From the IMG/VR virus record IMGVR_UViG_3300042988_001200: 64,000 bases of DNA; one strand, given 5' to 3'. The notes beneath the pieces were generated by a model that worked only from the letters and a program-made list of their open reading frames with translations, was not told where the DNA came from and ran no database searches. Source of the DNA: a virus. Lineage: Duplodnaviria > Caudoviricetes. Below are positions 56,099 through 64,000 of this stretch, piece after piece (the stretch's first letter is position 1; each line of letters opens with the position of its first letter). The position numbers and the translations under genes were made by a program.

Positions 56099-56755
56099 TC
56101 ATCTTAAAAGTCTCTCTAATAACTCTTTACTAGGAGGTACAAAGATTCTATTGTTGCTTCCTCTTTTTATAGTTATAGAAATATGAGCATGAGGACCTGT
56201 AGTAGCTGTACCTGTATTGCCAGATAAACCTATTAATTCCCCTTTATTGAAACATTTAGAAGCATGGGTTACTCCTATAGTAATAACAGCATCCTCTACT
56301 TTTGTAGATATCCTACAAGTTAAACCCCCTAGTACAGAATTAGAAAAAGAAAAAGACCATTTTACATTAGGAGTTTTAGGTACATAAATAGGGGTTCCTA
56401 TTGGAGTATTTATATCTACCCCTAAATGATTACTAGAAGCTCCAGTAATAGGGCTAACTCTTCTACCAAAAGGGGAAGTTATTATATAACTATTAATCCT
56501 TACCCCTTTTCTAGGACCAACTTTATCTGTGAATAAATCTATAACGCCTTTACTACTAAGAGTTATATCTTTTGAATTAACGCTTTTTTCTTCTTTAATA
56601 ACCTCTTTGCTAGAAGAGAATAATAAAGGTCTAAGACTATATTCTATTTGTTTATTTACACTGTCAAATAACAGATTACTTATAAGTAAAGTAAATAGTA
56701 GATAGAATATTAAATCAGAGGGAGATATTTTTAATAGATTCCATTTCTTTTCCAT
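56099..56755 (-). CDS. M23 family peptidoglycan peptidase with N-terminal membrane anchor
   Basis: ITSPFGRR, HLGVD (HxxxD), GNTG..TGPHAH (HxH). Hydrophobic N-terminus. Confidence 0.88.
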   Translation of the reverse strand: MEKKWNLLKISPSDLIFYLLFTLLISNLLFDSVNKQIEYSLRPLLFSSSKEVIKEEKSVNSKDITLSSKGVIDLFTDKVGPRKGVRINSYIITSPFGRRVSPITGASSNHLGVDINTPIGTPIYVPKTPNVKWSFSFSNSVLGGLTCRISTKVEDAVITIGVTHASKCFNKGELIGLSGNTGTATTGPHAHISITIKRGSNNRIFVPPSKELLERLLR

Positions 56756-57074
56756 TAGGTTTAGTTACCCCTTCAATAATACCTTTATAAGTCTCCCAGA
56801 TATAAGTATTTCCTTTTATAGAGCAGGGGGACCCTAGAATGGATTCTAATTCTTTAACTTCAATAGATTTCTTATGTCTAATAAAAGAGAACAGATGGTT
56901 AACCTGTTCTAGAGATAAGGTAAGACAAGATGAGGAATCACCTCCCTTATAAAAATAGCTAATAGATTGATTATAGAAAGAGGTAAGAAATCTATAAGAT
57001 AACTTACCCCTACCAGGAACTTGACTATCAGCTATTAATATAAGAATAATAAGAATATAGCTTATAACTCTCAT
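56715..57074 (-). CDS. Secreted/membrane-anchored hypothetical protein
   Basis: N-terminal hydrophobic stretch and EVKELESILGSP. Confidence 0.5.
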   Translation of the reverse strand: MRVISYILIILILIADSQVPGRGKLSYRFLTSFYNQSISYFYKGGDSSSCLTLSLEQVNHLFSFIRHKKSIEVKELESILGSPCSIKGNTYIWETYKGIIEGVTKPNGKEMESIKNISL

Positions 57075-57075
57075 A

Positions 57076-57546
57076 TTATCTTTTTTTGTTTACTACTTCT
57101 ATAAATCTTTGTTTTATTATTTCTTGTTCCCTTTTATCTTTACCTACTCCAGACACTTGTCTCATGCCTATTTCTTTAATACCTTCTCTTAATAGTTCTC
57201 CACTATTAGAAGCAGTAGAGAGAGTAGGGGAAGAACTCTCTGGAACAAATCCACCAAATAGAAGGCTTAATCCAAATACTATAGTCATGGGTATAACCCA
57301 TACGTATATAACTATAATTGCACATATATCTTTCCAATTCCTTTTAGGGTTCTTTAAAGTATAAAGAATAAGAAGAATGGATAAATCAAAGGTTAAAGGC
57401 TCTGAAGATTCTTTAACTATCTTTCTAATTTGTTCAATACTGGTATTATTGGAATTACTCATATTACTCCTGTTCTTTTCTTTATTATTATCCTTATTTG
57501 AGCTATTCTCCAATGTCTGTATAGGTGTTATCGTTGGGTTTCCCAT
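57076..57546 (-). CDS. Membrane protein
   Basis: One or two hydrophobic helices in the middle. Confidence 0.55.
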   Translation of the reverse strand: MGNPTITPIQTLENSSNKDNNKEKNRSNMSNSNNTSIEQIRKIVKESSEPLTFDLSILLILYTLKNPKRNWKDICAIIVIYVWVIPMTIVFGLSLLFGGFVPESSSPTLSTASNSGELLREGIKEIGMRQVSGVGKDKREQEIIKQRFIEVVNKKR

Positions 57547-57772
57547 TAGTCTTTAATATAAGAAATAAAGTATAACTAAAGGATAAGAGAATAAGTCCAG
57601 GAGATAATATTCTACTATATGAAGGTGGACCTATTTTTACACTATTAATCTTAAGATTAGATGATACATCTTCTACTATAGGTAAAGGTTTATTAACTGT
57701 ATGTACAACTATAAGAACTAAAATAGCTAATAGAAAATTAAATAAACTACTAATCACTGCTCCACTCTTCAT
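57503..57772 (-). CDS. Small two-TM membrane protein (holin-like candidate)
   Basis: 89 aa with two hydrophobic helices. Confidence 0.4.
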   Translation of the reverse strand: MKSGAVISSLFNFLLAILVLIVVHTVNKPLPIVEDVSSNLKINSVKIGPPSYSRILSPGLILLSFSYTLFLILKTNGKPNDNTYTDIGE

Positions 57773-58319
57773 CGTTTTTTAACTCTGTTAATTTACCTTC
57801 TAAATCTAATCTGTTTAATTCTACATTTAGTTTCTTTGTAGCCTCCAAATGTAATCTAATCTGCTCATTATTTAAATCTAAGCCAGAAGTGGAATTACTT
57901 CCCTTTACTAAAGCTCTAGACTTAAATAATATATTAAATAGACTCTCCTCTTCTTCTGTTTCTTTAGCCTCTTTTATAAGCCCTTCTAAAAATATTGAAT
58001 GACATTGATTAATAGAAAGTTTATAACAAGGACTCTTAGGATTTTTAGAGTTGTTTACAGCTATACTTATCGTACTTTGATATTTCTTAGCTTCTCTAGC
58101 TTTATTAAAATATTCATTCCAAAGATTAAACTGAGTTATAGCTTCTTTTATATTCTTCTTGGAATAGTTTGGATCTATTAACCAATTAGGGTCAAGTATC
58201 TTTGTTTCTTCTGGATAGTAATAAGTTACTTTGTTGAAGGCTCTTATAAAAAGAACAGCACTAATACTATTTATCAATAAAGAAATTACAATGGAAAATA
58301 TGAATAAATTTCTTTTCAT
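57750..58319 (-). CDS. Signal/TM-anchored helical protein
   Basis: N-terminal TM and C-terminal coiled coil. Confidence 0.55.
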   Translation of the reverse strand: MKRNLFIFSIVISLLINSISAVLFIRAFNKVTYYYPEETKILDPNWLIDPNYSKKNIKEAITQFNLWNEYFNKAREAKKYQSTISIAVNNSKNPKSPCYKLSINQCHSIFLEGLIKEAKETEEEESLFNILFKSRALVKGSNSTSGLDLNNEQIRLHLEATKKLNVELNRLDLEGKLTELKNDEEWSSD

Positions 58320-58340
58320 TTATTTCACTTTATATGAAAC

Positions 58341-59330
58341 TTAAACAAAGTCAATAACACTAATATAAAGACTAGTTTTTAGAATAACTATAGCTCTGTT
58401 ATAAAGTCTCCTTACCTCTTCTATTCCTATATTAAGAGTTTTTGATATAACTCTATAGGATTTATTCTTATTAGTCTCATCTAACCCATAGAATAATTTA
58501 ATAACTTGTTTCATGTTCTCCTCTGGAAGTTTATCTATTAGTTTATCTATACACTCTCTTTTATTTACTTTTTCCATATAATTCTCTGGATTATATAAAT
58601 CATCTTCTGGATGTGGCACTTTAATAATATCTAATAAGAATATATTTTCATGTTCTGTATTATTTCTAGGAGTATTTAATGAGATTATATTTTCATCTCT
58701 TGGTAAACTTTGAATTTCATATAACTTATCTCTAGATAAAATAATGCCTCTTTTTTTACCCTCTTTTATTATCTCCTGTAATAAGGGTTCTCTGTTTAAT
58801 TCTTTTCTTAAATGTATTAATATAGCGTTTATTTGACTATTTAACTTCTTTATATGAACAGGTATTTTTATATTCTTATGTTTATCTATACTATATCTAA
58901 TACTCTGTTTAATCCAAGGAGTAGCATAAGTAGATAGTCTAGTCCCTTTATTAATATCAAACTTTTTTATAGCTTGTATTAACCCTATTACACCTTCTTG
59001 AATTAAATCCTCTATCCCTAATTCACTCTTAAATAAATATCTCTTGGCTATTGATGCTATAAGTCTCTTATTTTTTTCTATTAATTCAACTTTATACTTC
59101 TCCTTCTTCCTTATCTCTAATATACCCATCCTTAAGATTTCTTTATATAAACTAACTTGTTTTATAAGTATATCTAATCTATTATAAATTAGAATAGATT
59201 GATTTATTTCTTTTATAGATAGATAGAATATATTAGTTTTAATAGAAAGGTAGTTATCTATAAGTATTAAACTCTTTATTTCTTTTATATGGTTTAACTC
59301 CTCTTCAGCCGTTAGTAAAAATCTATTCAT
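58341..59330 (-). CDS. RNA polymerase sigma-70 factor, RpoD-like
   Basis: Region 1.2 LLTAEEE, region 2 DLIQEGVIGL..AIKKFD..KGTRLSTYA, region 3 ELNREP...SLNTP, region 4 HTH. Confidence 0.92.
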   Translation of the reverse strand: MNRFLLTAEEELNHIKEIKSLILIDNYLSIKTNIFYLSIKEINQSILIYNRLDILIKQVSLYKEILRMGILEIRKKEKYKVELIEKNKRLIASIAKRYLFKSELGIEDLIQEGVIGLIQAIKKFDINKGTRLSTYATPWIKQSIRYSIDKHKNIKIPVHIKKLNSQINAILIHLRKELNREPLLQEIIKEGKKRGIILSRDKLYEIQSLPRDENIISLNTPRNNTEHENIFLLDIIKVPHPEDDLYNPENYMEKVNKRECIDKLIDKLPEENMKQVIKLFYGLDETNKNKSYRVISKTLNIGIEEVRRLYNRAIVILKTSLYISVIDFV

Positions 59331-59380
59331 TTATTCATTTATATAGTTTATATTAGTTTTATATCATATGCTTAATTTAT

Positions 59381-59794
59381 ATGCTAAATAAAAAAGTGGT
59401 TACTCTTATTTGTTTTGATAAAGAAGGACAGGTTCTAGATGGTGAGCCTATTAATATAGAGGTCCAATCCTTTAATAAAAAGGAGATAGTAGATAAATCT
59501 AAGGATACTCTAGGAGATATGGGCCTACCTATAGAAAATGTTTATAGTCCATCTTTAACATATTACCAATATGAAACAAAAGAAAAAGCTATGTTAGAAA
59601 GAACAATTATGCCTATTGTTACTAAAGGCCAACCTCTTAAAGAAGGGTATAAATGGACTTTTATTAAAGATATGAGCACTGGTGATAAAGAAACTCTTAT
59701 TAGAGCCTTTGAAGAAGTTTATAAAGCTGGAGGTTTTCCTAATATGCTTAATCCGACTTTATATACAGATAAACTAATGCGTTCTAACTCTTAA
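59381..59794 (+). CDS. Hypothetical protein
   Basis: 137-aa ORF upstream of groES. Confidence 0.55.
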   Translation: MLNKKVVTLICFDKEGQVLDGEPINIEVQSFNKKEIVDKSKDTLGDMGLPIENVYSPSLTYYQYETKEKAMLERTIMPIVTKGQPLKEGYKWTFIKDMSTGDKETLIRAFEEVYKAGGFPNMLNPTLYTDKLMRSNS

Positions 59795-59831
59795 TTTGTT
59801 ATAATTTATTACAATTAATATAGAGAATATT

Positions 59832-60155
59832 ATGCTAATAAAAACAAAAGAAGAGTTAGAATCAATGTCCTTAGTAGGAGAGTATATCCTTGTTAAGTTA
59901 AATAAAAAAGAAGGTAAGAGCCAGGGGGGTATATTTCTTCCTGATTCAGTAGTAGATAGAATTCCAATGGAGGAAGGTTTAGTAATCTCTATTGGTCCTG
60001 GATGGTTTAATGCTCAATCTAGTGCTTATGTACCAGTAGTATGTAATCCAGGGGATAATATAATCTTTAGCCCTTATGGTGAATTAAACTTTAAAACTCC
60101 AGAAGAAGAATTATATAAGATTATCCCAGATAAATGTGTAAGAGCTATCCTTTAA
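59832..60155 (+). CDS. groES: Co-chaperonin GroES
   Basis: GEYILVK, KSQGGIFLPDS mobile loop, GLVISIGPG, PGDNIIFSPYG. Confidence 0.9.
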   Translation: MLIKTKEELESMSLVGEYILVKLNKKEGKSQGGIFLPDSVVDRIPMEEGLVISIGPGWFNAQSSAYVPVVCNPGDNIIFSPYGELNFKTPEEELYKIIPDKCVRAIL

Positions 60156-60159
60156 TATT

Positions 60160-61368
60160 ATGATTTATAAGTTAGAGAAGTATAAAGTTATTAAAGTTTT
60201 AGAATCTATATTGGAAATTGTTAGTTTAAACACTAAAGGCTGGAGTATTAGTACAACTCTTAAACCTTTAACTCAAACTTCAACTCTATTAAATTCTATG
60301 GAGGATACCTTTATATCTAAAGATTCAATATATTATTTTATTATTCCTTTACTTTTGGATAATATAAGTAATCTTTATGATAAGTCTAAACTTTATATTT
60401 CTCTACTTATATATCTATATAAGTATAAGGATAGTATTACTAATTGGGAGTTTAATGTAGAGACTTCTAGTAGTTTAAGAAGGTTAAATGGGGGTGATTT
60501 ATATAACTTTATTAATGAAAGTAATGATAAGGATATATATAATCAATACCTTAAGGATATTCCAAGAGATAGTTTTATTCAATTTATAGAGGATAAAGAG
60601 CTTAAAGTTAAGATAATAAAGGGTTCTTATATAAGTGGAGAAACTGGTAATACCAATTTAATGGGAGTCTATGTACTAGTTTCTTATAGTGAACTAAAGG
60701 ACTATAAAGGTCTATACCCTCTATGTGAGTATATAAAGAGTGTTAATAAATGCTTATTAATCATTAGTCCTGGTATTAGTAATGAAGTAAAAGACCTATT
60801 TGATAAGAACTTAAAGGGGGTTTGGACTTATATAAAGAACCAGGAAAACTATGATTTATATAAGGATTATGCTGCTATATGTGGCTCAGTTCTTATAGAT
60901 TTACATAATGAGGTTAGTATTAAACCCTATCATTTAGGTTATATAGAGGAGTTGAGTTGTAAGAGTTCATACTCTATAATTAAACCTTCTAGTAATGGTA
61001 ATATAACTACAATTAATAGATTAAATGATTTAGATAACTCTAATGAGAGTTTAAAAAGGAGAGCTAATATACTAGGACAGCTAGTATTCCTTTATGGAAA
61101 CTCTTCTATTATGGAATATAGAATAGTGAATGACCTTATTTGTCTATTAAATAAGAGTAAATCTAACCTTTATATATTAGATAACGAGGTAGTTATTAAG
61201 GATAAAGATATAGATTGGTGTATTCAAAAAGCCATTAAGTTTTTATCAATAACCAATAAAGAGGCATATAATCTTATAGTTGATAGAGATGAAATGGATA
61301 TTATAGTTAAGAAAGCTATTAGTTTAACTAATATGTTAGATTCTATAGAGTTTGTTATAAAGAAGTAA
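60160..61368 (+). CDS. Degenerate, shortened GroEL-like protein
   Basis: Apical-like LYPLCEYIKSVNKCLLIIS, YKDYAAICGSVLI, HLGYIEEL, LKRRANILG, RIVNDL. Directly after groES. No GDGTTT. Confidence 0.65.
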   Translation: MIYKLEKYKVIKVLESILEIVSLNTKGWSISTTLKPLTQTSTLLNSMEDTFISKDSIYYFIIPLLLDNISNLYDKSKLYISLLIYLYKYKDSITNWEFNVETSSSLRRLNGGDLYNFINESNDKDIYNQYLKDIPRDSFIQFIEDKELKVKIIKGSYISGETGNTNLMGVYVLVSYSELKDYKGLYPLCEYIKSVNKCLLIISPGISNEVKDLFDKNLKGVWTYIKNQENYDLYKDYAAICGSVLIDLHNEVSIKPYHLGYIEELSCKSSYSIIKPSSNGNITTINRLNDLDNSNESLKRRANILGQLVFLYGNSSIMEYRIVNDLICLLNKSKSNLYILDNEVVIKDKDIDWCIQKAIKFLSITNKEAYNLIVDRDEMDIIVKKAISLTNMLDSIEFVIKK

Positions 61369-61777
61369 ATGTATTATTCTTATAATCTGATACGAAATAA
61401 ATACTTGTTATTGGTATATCCAATAAAGAAACGTTACTAGTATTTCCACATTTAGTAACATTTTCTTTTATAGATAGGAATAAAGACTGTTCTCTAATAT
61501 ATAGATTATCTATAACAAACTCTTGAATAGAGAAAGGAAAGTAACCTATTTTAATATTAAAAGGAGGTGGTAAATAGAATATAGAATATAAAAACTCTTG
61601 TATTGATATATATGAACCTAAATAAGACCCATATATTGTATTTATATAATCACCAATAATTATAGAATTAGGGTCATTCTGTCCTGTAATAAATAATAAA
61701 GAGGGTAATGACATAGCCTCTGAAATAAGAGGTTGACTATTAGATAATCCTAGTTTAATAGAAGAAATTACTGTCAT
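61355..61777 (-). CDS. Hypothetical protein
   Basis: 140-aa ORF. Confidence 0.5.
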   Translation of the reverse strand: MTVISSIKLGLSNSQPLISEAMSLPSLLFITGQNDPNSIIIGDYINTIYGSYLGSYISIQEFLYSIFYLPPPFNIKIGYFPFSIQEFVIDNLYIREQSLFLSIKENVTKCGNTSNVSLLDIPITSIYFVSDYKNNTFTSL

Positions 61778-61778
61778 A

Positions 61779-62288
61779 TTAAATTAAAGTAGATAGCCTA
61801 GATAACGATTTAAACCCTATAACCTTTAGTTCATTCCGATAAGTAAGACCAATAAAGCAAACTATTGGGTAATCTGGAGCCCAGAACATATCTAAAGAGT
61901 TACAGAAACTTATTAGTTTAGGGTTATTAGTGCATCTATATACTTTTATTTCATTAAGAGAGTTGTAAGTATTTTTATATATTTTAGTAAGTTTACCTTC
62001 TATAAATGTAGCTAAGTATAGTTTATTCCATTTATAAGGTGGAGCTATAGAGAAAACTTTTTCATCTGGATATTTATTAATGAAATCTAATATCCCAGTA
62101 GTATGGATAATCTCTCCAATATTTATATCTTTAGAGGTTCTAATAAATATATAGTCTCTTATAGAAATGCTATTAACCTTAGATATAAATTTACTAGAAG
62201 ATACGTCTTGAGAATCAAAGTTCCATATTACTGGGTGTAACTTGTCCTTTATGTAATAGTAATAATCAAATATAGATAAAGATTGCAT
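61779..62288 (-). CDS. Hypothetical protein
   Basis: 169-aa ORF. Confidence 0.5.
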   Translation of the reverse strand: MQSLSIFDYYYYIKDKLHPVIWNFDSQDVSSSKFISKVNSISIRDYIFIRTSKDINIGEIIHTTGILDFINKYPDEKVFSIAPPYKWNKLYLATFIEGKLTKIYKNTYNSLNEIKVYRCTNNPKLISFCNSLDMFWAPDYPIVCFIGLTYRNELKVIGFKSLSRLSTLI

Positions 62289-62298
62289 ATATATAATA

Positions 62299-62335
62299 AA
62301 TAAACCTTTTTATATTATAAATAAAAAGGTTTATT
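62299..62335 (-). terminator. Intergenic hairpin
   Basis: 15-bp stem AATAAACCTTTTTAT/ATAAAAAGGTTTATT with a 7-nt loop. Confidence 0.6.
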
Positions 62336-62351
62336 AGAAGAGATTAAATAT

Positions 62352-62720
62352 TTATACTCTACCTATATATACTAATTTAGGGTTATTAAAAGTAGTAACT
62401 GGTAAGAATGAACTATAGGATTCCTTTCTTTTAAATAGTCTGGATACTACTAAATCTTCACCTAGTACAGCTTTAGCACTAAGTATTAAGGCTTCAATAA
62501 GAAATTCTATATCATTGATATGGTTAAAAGAGGTAGTTATAGCATACTCTTTTTTATTATTAAGGAATGGAAATTCTTCAATAGACTCTATATTAACTTT
62601 AAAGTATTCAGATAGATAATTAGCTATTTCCTTATCTTCAAATAGAGAGTTTAACGAAGGTTCAATCCAGGATAGCAATAGAATATTTGATTCAACGATA
62701 GTTTTAACAAAGAGTTTCAT
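62352..62720 (-). CDS. Hypothetical protein
   Basis: 122-aa ORF. Confidence 0.5.
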   Translation of the reverse strand: MKLFVKTIVESNILLLSWIEPSLNSLFEDKEIANYLSEYFKVNIESIEEFPFLNNKKEYAITTSFNHINDIEFLIEALILSAKAVLGEDLVVSRLFKRKESYSSFLPVTTFNNPKLVYIGRV

Positions 62721-62741
62721 ATACTTATATTTGATTAAAGG

Positions 62742-63308
62742 TTAAAATGATTTCCATTGAATAGACAACTCCCCTACAGAATTATCTAAGGATAAGAAGT
62801 TACATAGCTTAATATCTAGAGTTTTCTTATAGCTAAAGGGCATTTTCCTATATGTAGGAAGACCTAATAACTCTAGAAGTCTACATTTATCATATTCTAT
62901 TAGGGAAGTCACTAAGACTTTGTTTACATGTATCTCAATAGGTATAGTTTTATCTTCTCCAATAACATCTCCTTTTTTATTAATAAAGTAACACCAATCT
63001 ATTTCATGGTCATCTAAAAAAGATACTTCAATAGTTGATTTATGTCTAGTAATAGCTTTACTACTAGAAGTATTTCTAATATGTCTCCCTTTAGGATAGG
63101 GGGATTCTATATTTATATGGTCCTCTAGTTTATAATAACACCACTCATCTATAGAATTACTATTAGAGATAAATCTAGTAGTTTTACTATCATCTGACCA
63201 TTTCCATATATCTAAAATATTATGAATAGTCTGTGAAGAGTTAGCCTTCACATAATGAGTTAGGACATCACCTCCAAGTAAGTTATAAGTTATTGATACA
63301 AATTTCAT
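62742..63308 (-). CDS. Hypothetical protein
   Basis: 188-aa ORF. Confidence 0.5.
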   Translation of the reverse strand: MKFVSITYNLLGGDVLTHYVKANSSQTIHNILDIWKWSDDSKTTRFISNSNSIDEWCYYKLEDHINIESPYPKGRHIRNTSSSKAITRHKSTIEVSFLDDHEIDWCYFINKKGDVIGEDKTIPIEIHVNKVLVTSLIEYDKCRLLELLGLPTYRKMPFSYKKTLDIKLCNFLSLDNSVGELSIQWKSF

Positions 63309-64000
63309 AAGTTTAGATATATAGAATAATCAGTAATAAAAGGATTATAGTCTAATAAATACACTTCAAATAAGATTTTAAGTAAGATTAAAGGTATTTC
63401 TTCTTGCTTAAAGAACTTAACTAGCTCTATTCTATCATCGTTAGATAAGAAATTGGTTGTTATAAGTTCCTCTAAAAGATAGTTGATAGAACTATATTGA
63501 GAGGTTAAGGAAATAATCTCTTTGATTTTAGATTCATAAGAAGGGGTATAACTCTCCTTTATGAACATACTCTTATTCTTAAGGATATGGATAGAGGATA
63601 AATCTCTCCTTAGAATATTATAAATAGAAGAGATTATCTCTTCATTTATTGACTTAGATAGAAGGATTAGTAACACTTCTCTAGGACTTATAACTCCAGT
63701 AGAAAGGTATTTACCTATATTTAAAGAGCAGTCTCCTCTATATAAAGATAGTTGTTTAAAGATTGTATCTCTAATATCCTCTACTAAAGGAACCTCTTCT
63801 TGAGGTAGTTCGATAAAGGAAAAGGATTTATATAGAGGTTTCTTAAAGATAATAGTAGAGGCTAAGATATCAGATAAAGAGTTATAAGGTATCTCTTTAG
63901 GTTTACTAGCCCCTATAGTATCTAATAACTTTACTAAATCTATAGAGTTCCAGGCCCCTGAGACCTCTATGTAATTAGACTTAAATATAGATTTATAGAC
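63305..64000 (-). CDS. Hypothetical protein, 5'-partial
   Basis: The tracked ORF 63305-63676 stays open in frame to the window end (no stop in 63677-64000), so the GTG at 63676 is probably internal. Confidence 0.6.
   Translation of the reverse strand, partial: VYKSIFKSNYIEVSGAWNSIDLVKLLDTIGASKPKEIPYNSLSDILASTIIFKKPLYKSFSFIELPQEEVPLVEDIRDTIFKQLSLYRGDCSLNIGKYLSTGVISPREVLLILLSKSINEEIISSIYNILRRDLSSIHILKNKSMFIKESYTPSYESKIKEIISLTSQYSSINYLLEELITTNFLSNDDRIELVKFFKQEEIPLILLKILFEVYLLDYNPFITDYSIYLNL

Noticed and set aside
17139-58181. Other short overlapping ORFs from the track (e.g. 17139, 25089, 25602, 26434, 29481, 29847, 30655, 36246, 36421, 36495, 37621, 40381, 40908, 43313, 44419, 46415, 50926, 51889, 57086, 57999)
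   Set aside because: They overlap better-supported genes on the opposite strand or in another frame, and have no independent evidence.
1-64000. CRISPR array, tRNA or rRNA genes
   Set aside because: No regularly spaced direct repeats or recognisable structural RNA genes were seen by eye. Intergenic gaps are short and mostly explained by hairpins. tRNAscan and a CRISPR finder were not run.

Overview
A 64-kb, AT-rich, gene-dense piece of a large tailed dsDNA bacteriophage genome in the standard genetic code. No rRNA, tRNA or CRISPR array was seen. A cyanobacterial host is inferred (not shown) from the style of the sigma factor, two-component genes and M23 peptidase. From left to right: (1) a giant membrane-segment-rich virion-type protein, open to the left edge (at least 4046 aa), with an embedded two-motif phospholipase D (PLD) domain; (2) a minus-strand replication/recombination block: Cas4/RecB-like nuclease, RuvC, DnaG, Pif1/Dda helicase, SSB candidate, HolA-, DnaX- and DnaN-like clamp machinery, UDG-like protein, dUTPase and a family A DNA polymerase split into two genes. 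A sensor-less histidine kinase / response regulator / membrane protein trio sits inside this block; (3) RecA, a free-standing intein-like LAGLIDADG endonuclease and a tail-fibre cluster with an S74 chaperone plus a stand-alone S74 paralog; (4) an accessory region with a MoxR AAA/VWA pair, class II ribonucleotide reductase, a PduO-like protein, an M23 peptidase in a membrane-protein cluster, a sigma-70, GroES and a degenerate GroEL. The strongest candidates for new biology are the phage two-component module, the PLD-bearing giant protein, and a recurring set of host-derived proteins that have lost catalytic motifs. All family calls come from motif reading by eye; no searches were run.
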